NCBI GenBank assembly: GCA_030704615.1
Contig: CM060733.1
Coordinates: 34,844,001 to 34,908,000, forward strand
Direction: 5' to 3'
DNA from: Takakia lepidozioides
Taxonomy: Eukaryota > Plantae > Bryophyta
DNA length: 64,000 nucleotides
Position 1 is the stretch's first letter; each line of letters opens with the position of its first letter. The notes under the pieces are model-generated. The model worked only from the letters and a program-made list of their open reading frames with translations, did not search any database and was not told the DNA's origin. Positions 22,232-34,384 of this stretch are shown here, in pieces. Made by a program: the position numbers and the translations under genes.

Positions 22232-25200
22232 TCATGAAGGACTCCGTGTGCGAGCTCGAGTCCTGTCACTGGTTGACGGAGATGATTGAGCACTACCTGG
22301 AAATGTCTGACCCTCCTTTGGCTGATAACGAGGTAACCTCTCAGACATAGGAGATCCCCGTCGTTTCTTCTCTGCCATCTGAAGTGCATAGTCCTCTGCC
22401 ATGTCAAAAGAGTCCGCTGAATAAACAGTAGTATCAGAATCCTCGTCTCCCCTTAGGTGTTTTAACGGCCGAACTTTAAGTGGAATCTTGTGTGGCATAC
22501 AATGTGGTCCGACCATATCTGGAAGTTTAAATTGTACAACTTGCTGTAAGCGCTGGCAAGCAAAATTAGTGAACGTCCTCAATTCCTTATCTGTATAGGT
22601 AAGAGGTGTGCCAATGACTTTGGAATAGTGTAAGTATTTCCATGCATCATGTCCCTTAAAGAAAATATCCTCAGGGCCGAATTTCTGTGTTGTTAAATTG
22701 TTCCAAGCCGAATGAAACCATGAACGAAGTTGGGAATCCTTCTGCATCATAACTTTTGCATCATATAGGTACATATAAGGTGGCACTGAAGGTAAGACCC
22801 AATGATCCCCACTGGAATAACTCAGAAATCGGGATTGGTCTTGGTATAAATGTACCCATGTATAACTTGGAAGGCAATTAATTCCTTCAACATGGACCTG
22901 CTTCAGACCAGTACCTCGCAAAGTGATGATCTTCAATGGATCGATTGTTCGGAAGAACCTTAGTCCTAGTTGCCACTGGCAGCCAAATGCGCATGATCTG
23001 GTAGTAATGTGCCAACGATTGCGGAGGACTAAATTCCTTCCAAGCCAAATCCAACACAATGGGAATTTGGTTGAAGGGCATAATCATAGCCCGACTGAAC
23101 TCCCATGCAGCAGAAGTCTTAGGTGGGTTAAAAGCAGCATCTCCCCATACCTCAGGCTGTGGTGTGGCTGTAGTAACTTGCACAGTCACTTGCTGTGGTA
23201 TTGGTACTACTAGCCCTTCTACCACTGGCATCTCCTGCACCCCTTGCGAAGAAGACTGAAAAATTAGAGTCCTGGCATGTAAATAAGTAGCCATCAGCTG
23301 CTCCTCAGGTACAAAGACTCTTTTGTCAATATTTGAACTCAGGTCATCCACCTGAGTCTGCAGGCCTTCTACATCCTCTTGTAGCTCCGCTATCCTACTA
23401 TAGACATTGTCTATAGTAATTGTGGCAATGTTATGCACCTGCAGTCTGAGCTCATTCATCTCGCCCTGGGTGAGCTTCCGTGGTGCTTTGCCTTCCACCG
23501 GCCCTTGTGCTAACCAGACTGCATAAGGTGGTTATCCACCAAGTCGTGTGTGGCACCCCTGAGAGTCTGCTCCTCCATGAGTCTGTACACATCTAACTAC
23601 TGCTGTAAAGCCTCCATGCGCTTTGCATGAGGTTCAACTAGACTCGCATAGGCAGCAGCCAGATTATTGGCTTCCTTCCAAGCCTTGTTAGCCACAGAGA
23701 GTTCATTTCTATTGACCATGACTGTTTGTTGCAACTCCAGGATGTACCTCTCCTGGTCAGCCTCAACCTGTCTGTATTGTTTGAAAGTATTCTCATTGCG
23801 ACAGATTGTATTCTTCATATCAACAATGAGTTTCGCTTGCTCTATTATCTCTGCTTTTGCCTTCATACATCTCTCCTCTTGTCTGTTAACTTCTAATGCA
23901 ATTTGCTCAAGAGTAGTTGTGAGTGTAGCACATTGTATGGTCATCTTCTCATGTACTACCTGCAACTCTGTATGTAGTACATTCATTTCTTGCAACTTGT
24001 CCTCATGCTTCACTTGCATTTGATATAACTGTTGCTTATGTGCTTCATGCAACTGGTCCTGCTCGAGGCCTGCTTCAATCAAATGTCCCTTGGCCAACTG
24101 CAAAGCAGCCTTTGTGTCCTCCAACTCTTGCTGTAACTTGAGATTGACCTCCTCATCTACCTTGTTAGTACACTTAGTGGCAATTCGAGACTCAAACTCC
24201 TTCTTGAGTTCCTCCCTCAAAGCTGCCAATTGGGTAGATGGAACATGGGATTTCACTTAAGTGCCCAACAAATTAAGTGTTCTGCTTATGGAACTCATAA
24301 GCATGGCCTGCTGAGGGTCATCATGGTGAACTTGCTGCTGTTCTCCCTGATCCTCCACAGTGTGATGCCTCATCAACCATTCAGGCCATTGCCCCACCAG
24401 ATTCTCTTCCTGAACCACCTCATCCTCCACAGGTGCTACAGTGTCTTGATATTCTACCCCTGGTACCTCCATCACAAGTGTGGGTATTACATACACAGCA
24501 GGGTTTTCCCTTGACAACCGCTGCACCTCTGGAACCACTGATTCCCTTACCAAGCCAGAGTTTTCATAGAGAAGGTCACCCTTCTCAATTTCGGCCACGA
24601 CCTGCTCTGTAGTGGGAATGTCCAACCTTTCTCCTTCCAGAGCAATTGGGGGTGATGTCACAGCATGTACTAACTATGGAACCTCTAAAACAATTGAGTC
24701 AATTGGTTGTGGTGGCTGTGGTATCAAATTGACTTCCTCTTCCCTCTCCAAAGGCCGTGCTTCCAATAATAACAGCCTTCTGTGCTGTTGTGCCCCATCC
24801 TCAAGTATGCAAGAATCAAGAATTATTTGGGCAATGACTGGACCAGACACAATGATCGGAGACTTAGCAGCGGTGCCCTGTAACCTCTTCATCTCGTCCA
24901 CCAGTCCATTGTACATTAACTCTGCCCAAACGACATCCTCTCCCCTCAAAGCTTTCAAGATCTCCTCTGTGAATGACCTGCTCAAATATTGTTGGTTTTG
25001 TTTCATGGCAAACAGAACGTTCAATATTTGGCCAACTTCCCTAAGCCCTGGGTACTCGGCTTTGGTACAAGCGTAACCTTGAGTTTTAAAGAAACTCCCT
25101 TCTTGGAACAAATTCCCTATCTGCAATCTTGCCCTGTGCTCATCCACATCCACATGACCTGATGGCAAATCAAACAATTGCTGCAGGTACTGGGGAGTAA

Positions 25201-25420
25201 TTTCTATATCTACTCCCCTCACCTAAGTAACTCCCATCCGAGGCTCAAAGTTCTGAAGAAATTGAATTATATACTGCCGATGATGCAAGGACCAGTCCTT
25301 GCGTAGCAGCCCCTCCAATCGCACTCCCTTAGCAGCTGTACTGCCTGCGGTGCTGCAATTGTTTGCTTCTGCAGAATTGTGGTGCTCTTCACCCTGATAT
25401 CCTCCATTCCCCTCACTCTC
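22232..25420 (-). CDS. Extra ORF region between integrase and 3' LTR (coiled-coil-rich, broken into several frames)
   Basis: Abutting same-strand ORFs 24674-25222, 24257-24661, 23597-24256, 22887-23498 and 22232-23059. Confidence 0.55.
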
Positions 25421-26189
25421 TTCATTCTAGACAAACAAAAAGGCTTTGTTTGAAACAGCTGAAGGAAAGCTTGCAGGGCACAGAGTATGAAGGTATGGTT
25501 GGCACAGAATGGAACAGGTAAGTGCGTGTAAGCCTGTGGGGCTTGCAAGTATCGAGTGAGAGAAAATTTACCCTCAATGCTTCCGTCCTTGCGCCACTGC
25601 ATGAGAAGTAAAGCGAGTGTGTAATCCGTTACATCTGCCATAGCTACAAAACTAGTGCTTTGATTGCCCCTTCCGTCAAGACCTTGGCTATTCAAAGCCA
25701 CCCCGACTCTTCCGCTCATAACACTTCCTATTTCTTGTTCTTGTTTTTTGGAGGGAACCACCTGCATGTAATTCGCACTCCTGATTGGCTGTGGACTGCT
25801 TAGGTAATTTCTTAATTCCACCCCGCTCCATGGACATTCCCACCTGGAATGTCCAGTAGGACAGCACATGTTGCATAGATTTCCTTTTTTTGTACTCGAA
25901 AAGGGTTCCGTTACCCTTACACTGAATGCATTAATGGGCCCACAATTAGTATTAGCTGTTGTACCGGGTAGGTACTTTGACGGCCCGATTTGTCCGTTTG
26001 CATGATGAGATTTTTTTTTGCAATTGATGCAGTGCGGTGTGCCACGCCTTAGTGGTCACGTGTCCGTTTCAAAACATGCCCCCGACTTCCCCTCTCCGCG
26101 TGGCATATTCTCCAAGTTTGACTTCCAAACTTCATCTTCACTCGATGACCACTTTTCTAACGTTAATTCGCGTCCACCTGTCACTGACC

Positions 26190-28364
26190 CTATGGACTGT
26201 GTAATCTGTATGGGCTGTGTTGGGCTGTGACAGGCTGTGTGGCACTGTGGTGGGCTGTGCTAGGCTGTGTCACGCTGTGATGGGCTGTGATAAGCTGTGT
26301 GACACTGTGATGGGCTGTGATAAGCTGTGTCACGCTGTGATGGGCTGTGATAGGCTGTGTCACGCTGTGATGGGCTGTGTCACGCTGTGATGGGCTGTGA
26401 TAGGCTGTGTGACACTTGTACTTCCCGCCTTGGTCATACACGCTCGGCTTAACGACAAGTGCTCCATACTCCGTTGGTATCACTGGCGCAGCCCGTGACT
26501 GCTTTTGCGTTTCAACATGCAAATTGTGCTGCAATGGTTTGTCATGGATACCACTGTACCCCTTCAACTTATTGGCATTGACTCTTCCCAGCATCTCTTT
26601 GTTAATGGTTTGTAACATGGCGGTGTTGTTATCATACATCTTCTGTATGACATAATGTCCTTTCCATGGTGATTTAAGCTTAGAAGCTTTAATCTTCCCC
26701 TTCTTCTGCAACCAGAGAACCAAATCTCCCGTCTTAAAAATCTTTAATTTGCCTTCATCAAACTGTTCCTTCCTCTTCATCTGAATTCTGGTCATGTTAT
26801 CAGCTGCATCAGCACGTACTTCTTCCACATGGTATAATTCATGTTTCCTGACCTTAATTGAATCTTCCAATTCCATTCTCTTTCCCCATTCAGTTCTCAT
26901 GGTAGGTAACAAGAATTCCACTGGAAGTAAAGCTTCCATACCATAAACTAATTGGAATGGTGTATACTTATGAAGTCATGTATGACCACAAAGCTGTCAA
27001 CAGCTTTGTATCCCAATCCGTTCTGTTTGCATTGACTATCTTAGCCAAGATAGTACATAGTATTTTGTTGGTAGCCTCTGCCTGCCCATTACCCTGTGGG
27101 TAATATGTTGTACTTTTCCTATGCACAATCATGAACTCTTTAGTCAATAGTTCAATGGTCTCATTAATGAAGTGACTTCCCTGGTCACTGATAAATTCCA
27201 GGGGACAGCCAAATCGTGTAAGTATGTTCTCATACAGGAACCTTGTTGTGGACTTGGTTGTGTTGTCCCTCAGAGCTTTAGCTTCCACCCACTTCGTAGT
27301 ATAATCAGTGGCTGTAATTATGTACTTGTTCTGTGTATTCTTGGCTGGTGGGTTAATTGGTCCAACAAAGTCTAGTCCCCATTTCTGAAATGGTTCAGTA
27401 GGCATCGTAGGATGCAAAGCCATCTTCCTAGATCTCTGCAAAGGTCCTAGCCTCTGACATTCATCACAACTCTGACAATACTTGTGCACATCTTTGAACA
27501 AAGTAGGCCACCAGTAACCTGCAAGTAGTATCTTCCTACTGGTAGTCTCTTCTCCAAAATGTCCTCCAGCCACTCCTTTATGAACTTCCTCCAAAACTTT
27601 ATTTACTTCATGGTGGTACAAACATCGTTTAAGTACTCCATCAGGTCCTAGCTTATATATTCTGCCCCCTACCATAGTATAAGGTAAAGCCTTGATAGTG
27701 ATTCTCTTCCTCTGCTCCTTACCATAACTAGGTGGGCACTGACCATGAGTAAGGTAGTATCTGATTGGCCACTGCCAATCTAACCATTCATCTGCACTTC
27801 CCTGCACCTCCATTGCAAATAAACTCGCATCAGGTAATTGGTCGTCTACTCCTGTGGCGGGCTCTCCTGTTGTTAGGCGTGACAAATGATCTACCACAAG
27901 ATGCAAACGGCCAAGCTTGTAAACAGCTTCGAACTCAAACTCGTGCAAGATTATTAACCACCTTGCTATCCTTCCACTTATCAAAGGTTTGTTCACCAGA
28001 TATATCAGAGCCTGGTGATCCACATAAAACATAAACTTTCTTCCCAATAGGTAATGCCTGAATTTCTTGACTGCATAAATCATTGCCAGTGCTTCTCTTT
28101 CAGTTGTGCTATAGTTCCTTTCAGCACTGTTCATCAACCTGCTAGCATAGTACACAGGTGAATCTATATTTCTGTAACATTTTGGGCTAACACCGCTCCC
28201 AACGCTTCCCCTGAGGCATCACAGTGAACATGAAATACTACATGCCAGTGAGGGTTAATCAGCACAGGTGTAGTTGTTACTGACAATGTAAGTTCCTCAA
28301 AAGCCTGTTGACATTCAGCTGTCCATGCAAACACTGCATCTTTCTTCAAAAGCTTGCTCAATGG
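26190..28364 (-). pseudogene. Gypsy pol (RNase H and integrase), disrupted; ~10-bp GCTGTG tandem repeat at 26190-26415
   Basis: ORFs 26968-28155 and 26190-26939 with HHCC and DDE motifs. Confidence 0.9.
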
Positions 28365-28617
28365 GAGGTTTGCTATTTCATGAGCATGAGCGGCATGAGC
28401 GGCATGAGCAGAGTAGTAAGACAATCGATTTTCATGAGCAGAAGTACAAATTTCGAAAATAAAAAACAATAAAAAACAATAAAAAAACAATAATTTAATG
28501 CAATGTGTCAGGAAAAACAAATATATTATTCGGCCCCTTGAAGGGAAAATTGCAGTTTTGACAGTTGTGCTCATGATATTTTGTCTTCCGCTCATGCCAA
28601 TTCCCAGCGACATGTGC

Positions 28618-29052
28618 AAATATGGCGCCGAATTTCGCGGTAATAGGGTCCGTAACCTGAAAAAACGGCAACGTATTTCGCGGTAATAGGTCTCTCTGGC
28701 GAAAAATGGTGCCGAATTCCGCGGCTATAGGTCCCCTCATGACAGGTAATTTGGCGCCATTTTTCCAGTGCATGTTCGGACTTAGCCAGTTTTCGGCGCA
28801 AAATAGGGAAATTCGGCGCCATTTTTCCAGACACTGTACCAGTGCATGTTGGGACTTAGCCAGTTTTCGGCCCAAAAAAGAGAAATTCGGCGCCATTTTT
28901 CCAGACACGGTACTAGTGCATGTTGGGACTTAGCCAATTTTCGGCCCAAAAAAGAGAAATTCGGCGCCATTTTCCTAGACACAAGTACCAGTGCATGTTG
29001 GGACTTAGCCAGTTTTCGGCCCCAAAAAGAGAAATTCGGCGCCATTTTTCCA
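28618..29052. repeat. Motif GAAATTCGGCGCCATTTTTC in a ~74-bp tandem repeat (4 copies) plus inverted copies
   Basis: Motif at 28808, 28882, 28956 and 29031. Inverted variants at ~28619 and ~28703. Confidence 0.9.
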
Positions 29053-29208
29053 GAAATGGCCCCACAACTGCTTCTGTTGGATCTCAGTTTGAATGGAATA
29101 TTGCCTCATTCCAGGAGTTTTGGGGTGCATTTCATTACACTGCAAAAAAAAGTCTGATACAGCAAAATGCAATTGAAAATATCCATATGGAGGATTCCCT
29201 TTGCCCCA

Positions 29209-31825
29209 TCAATGATTTCTGGAATCCCTAAGGAGGAGTTTGTGCAGCTCGTTCACGCTCAACGCCGGTGCATGAATAAAGTCATCAATAGTCACGTTCA
29301 TCCTCAACCTCTTTAGGTAAATGTAATACAGATGCTTGCACGGATAATACTTGGAACCCTTCTTTGCTTCCATCAACGAGAAGTCCGTACAATTGCAAGT
29401 CGGCTCCACTCCAATCGTAATTGTGTATACATCGTTGCGTACAGCCGAGCCGGCCGTTGCCATCCGATACACACGCCCAAGGCCGGGTGGGGGTACGTCC
29501 ATGGAGCTCTGAATAGTGCAAGCCATCCCAAGAGCATTGGCAATCCGAGTCTCATTCAACTTGTTGGGAGGGTGTCGTCTCTTCACTCTTCGAATCGCAT
29601 TGTGGGATGTGCAGAATTGTCCAATCCGTCTCTACTGGACCGAGCAGTCTGCAATGGCTGGGTCTGAGGAACCGGAAATGCGTGGGCCGGGATGTCTGTG
29701 CGTTGCACCATTCGAAATCCTGCTGCAGATAGAGCATCCGCCTCATTCTGAGAGAGGCTGCAACCCGGTGCAACAGGCCAGACGCCCGGAGGCTCCGGCA
29801 TTCCCTGAATCCCGTACTTGGGCTTGCCAAATACACAGGTCATTATATCGTGCCTACAGAACCAAAATGTCTGCGTTGTGGCGTGAGCAAATGTGGGAGT
29901 CAAAAATCTGCCGCTGAAACAAGGTGCAGGTACAGCACCGTGTGAGTTCCTCCGAATCATCTCACCACAGCGTGCTCTCGTATCCACCCGGATGGACGCA
30001 GCACTTCCCTCGAAATGCCGGCAATGTCCTCGCAATTCTCCACTGTGACTCCGACACTCTTGTCTCCATAATGGGAATGTTGTACTGCTTTACTACAGAT
30101 GGCTCGTTATGTTGCCGGGGCACGCGCCCTGTGCTCAAAGGAGATGACGATCTTGAACGTGCAGGACTTGCGGTGCTCGACGAGACCTCCTCGGGCAACA
30201 TCACGGACCACGAGGGAGCGTGCGAATATTCTTGTCAGCTCGCCATGAATCCTCTTCTCCGCCAGGTGCCTCGTCAAGTCTTCGTCTCACTGGACGGGTA
30301 TGAACATCTCCTTCCAGATGTTGGCCTCTTCGCAGCAATGGCGTGTCCCGAAGGCCCTCTCGCAAGGCCGCCGCCCACTTCCGAGGATTCTTCGATCTAG
30401 AGGCAGTCCGCATCAGCATTTCCTGCCTGTCCGGCCCCAAGCCCCACTGTTTCCCTTTCAAGAACTCGTTGTACCTGCATTGCTGCATAATTGACCTCAC
30501 AATGTTCTCCGTTGTGGCAGTGAGGATGTCCACCAGATGCGCTGCAGAGGAGGCATGCCAGGAAGAGTGCACTGATTCGGCCATGTTTGTCGTGGGCATG
30601 TCGGTGTCGGAGTCGAGACACATTTCCTGCACAAGCACATGTTCAGGTTACAAGCAAGTTACAAATATGGCCAAGAATAATATTCAACGGGACGCGAATT
30701 CGTGCAACTCACCTCCCGCATATAGTCGCCGAACTGGAGGAAACGATAATGCCACCATGCTAGCCAACTGACCATTGCTCCCTCGTCTGATTTCCTTACA
30801 GCACCTGACGATGTCCACCAAGCCCGTATGCATGCAAACTGTGTCTCTGCATCATCCAAGGTGGGAGCGCGCTTCCACGCAAGGCACATGGAACGGTGCT
30901 CCTCTCTGAAATCTGGCGCCACGAGCCTGGTTGTGTACTGCGAAAGGCTCTGCAGAAAATGGAATCCACAAGATCTCTCCTTGCCTTCCATGGGAACATT
31001 GGGGTCTTGCCCGTACACCCTTCGGATGGCAGCCCAATTTGCTTGTGCGTTGTCCGCCATGAAACCACGGAAATTGGGAGGGGGCAATCCCGCCTTGGCC
31101 ATCTGTTCGTTTATTCCCTGCCAAAGAAGCATCTCCGATTGTGTGTCCTCTCCTTTCATCTCACAAATAGCAATTGTCATTAGCATCCTGCAGTGGGTGT
31201 CGTAGACATGTGCACCCATTGTCACCCACTGGTGATTTGTAATTCGCTTGATATGGTCGAACATGACCCAACTGTTTGACAAGTTCCCACTCGTCATCCT
31301 GTCGACCAGTTCGACGCCGCTGCCAGGTCCACACGTGGACATTTTGAATACGAAACAACGATCTGCCTCAGTCCCTTGTCCTGAAAACCTACTTCCATGA
31401 ATGTAGTCATATCCACATCGTCGCTTCACCTCCAGAATGGAGTGCATATCCGAGCCACGCCCAATTTTCTGTTTGCATGAGACAATGTGGTTTTGGACAT
31501 TCGGTGAACATACGTGGGACACCGACTCCAGCAATGCCTCCATTTCCTTCTCGTCGAGAGGAACTCTATCGGAGCCGTCTTCCGACATAATTCTGGCCAA
31601 TGCCATCTTATGGGCGGCTTGGAGCTGTATCTGTTTGGGTTTGGCACCCGGTCTCAACTTAACCTCCTCCTGAACGAGCTGCTCTGCTTCGTGGGCAGCC
31701 TCCTGCGAGTTCCCCCCGCCAATTTGTGACAATGGGAACCAACGTGTATGCAAGCTCGGTGAGGTCAGGGAAACGGTGCAACACATAGAACTGCTTGGCA
31801 TTACAACAGACATGCAGTGTGGTGG
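29209..31825 (-). CDS. MULE transposase copy 2 (partial, frameshifted, same intron)
   Basis: WVMFDHIKR, FMADNAQANW, CGFH, TNMAESVH, CNCTDF..YPCKHL. Confidence 0.88.
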
Positions 31826-32325
31826 NNNNNNNNNNNNNNNNNNNNNNNNNNNNNNNNNNNNNNNNNNNNNNNNNNNNNNNNNNNNNNNNNNNNNNNNNNN
31901 NNNNNNNNNNNNNNNNNNNNNNNNNNNNNNNNNNNNNNNNNNNNNNNNNNNNNNNNNNNNNNNNNNNNNNNNNNNNNNNNNNNNNNNNNNNNNNNNNNNN
32001 NNNNNNNNNNNNNNNNNNNNNNNNNNNNNNNNNNNNNNNNNNNNNNNNNNNNNNNNNNNNNNNNNNNNNNNNNNNNNNNNNNNNNNNNNNNNNNNNNNNN
32101 NNNNNNNNNNNNNNNNNNNNNNNNNNNNNNNNNNNNNNNNNNNNNNNNNNNNNNNNNNNNNNNNNNNNNNNNNNNNNNNNNNNNNNNNNNNNNNNNNNNN
32201 NNNNNNNNNNNNNNNNNNNNNNNNNNNNNNNNNNNNNNNNNNNNNNNNNNNNNNNNNNNNNNNNNNNNNNNNNNNNNNNNNNNNNNNNNNNNNNNNNNNN
32301 NNNNNNNNNNNNNNNNNNNNNNNNN
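31826..32325. other. Assembly gap (500 N)
   Basis: Run of N bases. Confidence 1.
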
Positions 32326-34384
32326 GCAGTTTTAATTTTTTTTTTTTGAGAATGTTGTACCATACCTGATCATTAACACACATCAGAAATTTTCAGTTTT
32401 TTTCTGAAATGTTCTGAAGAGGGCTCCTTTGTAGTGACAAATTGGGGGGTCAAAATATGCCATTTTCTCTGGGCAGGCCAAAATCTCTCTTCCTAAAATT
32501 ATACAAACCAATTGGGCCGTTCAATTCTTAATCAATCCGGTTGAAGTGTCATGAGCATCCATATGAAGTCCCCAAAAACATTGGAGACCAATCAGTGAAT
32601 GCCATCGCATCTTTAGGTTCCCTGCCCAAGACTTCACATGGCACACCTATGTTATAGCCTGCAGGCCTAGGATATTTGGAGCCATAGTGAGGGCACGGGG
32701 TATGGGAGCTCCTTTGGCTACCCGGCCCTGCTTTCATGGGGGCCCACTCCACCCTCAACCCTATCAAACCCCCGGCCTAGGTTTGGCCCACTCCTCATGG
32801 GAGTTTTTCTCCAGCCGTGAGCTCTGCCGCCATTGCGGCTGCACTCCCTCTAGCCCGTCCTGCATGGTGTTGGTCGGAGCTGCCAAAGCTGTCGATTTCA
32901 GGTTAGAGCCCAGGCCTGGGAATGCCCAGACCTGCGCCATGCCCTAGCCGGGCGATCAAGGGGTTTGGGGAAGCGTGCCGCCCTAACCTTTATGGGGTAT
33001 CATTCATTCACCCTAACCTGACCGCAATTGCCATGTCAGCAACTTGGGCAGGTTAGGGGGCCAAAATGGCCTCAAAAAGTAGGCCTCCTCCCATTGGTCC
33101 TGACGCATACCCCTCCAGGCATTCTTTGTCCAGACCAATTGGCCAATGCCATATGAAGGGGGACCCGATTTTCTATCGATTGAGCCCAAAAAAAGGCCTT
33201 AACCACAGGAAGTTATGGTTGGTTAAGCAAACCCAACCGACCTAAATGGGTCGCTTCAGCACTTAAGGGTTAAGGGCGGCACATTTCAGGCCGGAGCAAA
33301 TTGAGCTTGACTGATTTTCTTTATCCAAACTAGCCTACACTATGTTCCTGAAGATACTCGTTCATCTGTGACATCGCAAAACAAGCACCCCGTAACATGT
33401 CTTCAGCCCAAGCCCCTTTCCTTATAGAGAGAGAAAGAGGGGATCGCTTGTCAATGTGCTTAACAACCCTGGAGAAAAGGGGACAGGAAGCACCCCATAC
33501 ATGCAGGAATCACTGACGTGCAAGAACCTCTGTTTCGTCGTCCAACTTTTTCCCGCGACACTCCTGTTCGATCCTGCATTTGACTGCACCCACCCTCTGC
33601 TTGATGATTTGATGGATCAATGCATAGGACTGCTTCAATGGAAATGCATAGACCAAAAAGTAAACTTCGCTGCTTCTTTCATTGCTAATTGTAAGGTGGT
33701 GATCTGTCTAGGGAACTTGCTTCTCCCGTGTTCCTTGTAGAGCAAGGTCCAGAGTGTTGGGGGTACGTCTATGATCACAAGGGGTATCCTCCTTCACTCA
33801 GGGATTGCTGCACCCCAGTAGGTCAGTGGAATCATCACAAGGAGCAAAGGAAAGCAGAAACAGCCATGTTCAAAACTCTGAAATGGCATACTTGATGGGC
33901 ACTACAAGATTTCAGCTGCCAGGCTTTCCATGGACAAAACCCCTGTGCAAAACCTTAAACAAACCGTAGCATTACAAAAGGATCTAGGTGGTGTAACATC
34001 GGTGAGCATGGTTGCTTTTACTTGTTAACAACACAGCATGCCTTGATTTCCACTGGAAATTGCATCAATGCTCCAGACAACAGGTTTGAACTGAGGTATC
34101 ACCGAAATGAGTGGGCATGTATAGAACATGTAATATTTGTCCCAAAACCATAAGTTCAGCCCTGCATTTCAGGAATTTCATGTAGGCAGTCCAGATTAGC
34201 TTGTGCCTGCCTTTGCCCTAGGGCCTGGCCCCAAGTAGTTTGTCACCATCCCCATCAATGCAAACCTGCAAAGAAAAGGAACTTCCTCGTTCAATCTCTC
34301 TGTTTTACCTGCTTTGGAAAGGCTATCATAATGCTTTTATCACATAGGATTCACTGCTTAATCTCTCTCTCTCTCTTTCACACA

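Larger units (their letters stand above)
21326..28365 (-). mobile_element. Ty3/gypsy LTR retrotransposon, 3' part (RT end, RNase H, integrase, extra ORFs, PPT, 3' LTR), interrupted by Mutator copy 2
   Basis: LTR ~21326-22135 with minus-strand PPT at 22136-22153. Pol motifs [53 protein letters not shown]. Confidence 0.9.
28366..31825. mobile_element. Second, diverged Mutator-like element of the same family; left end and transposase only, truncated by the gap
   Basis: Terminus AGGTTTGCTATTTCATGAGC plus CATGAGC repeats. Inserted in gypsy RT. Transposase is collinear with 2219-4830. Confidence 0.88.

Noticed and set aside
31659-32383. Long ORFs spanning the N run
   Set aside because: Artifacts of the assembly gap.
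32326-34360. Possible right part of Mutator copy 2
   Set aside because: No matching TIR, GCTCATG cluster, motif array or resumption of gypsy RT was found, so the region is left unassigned.
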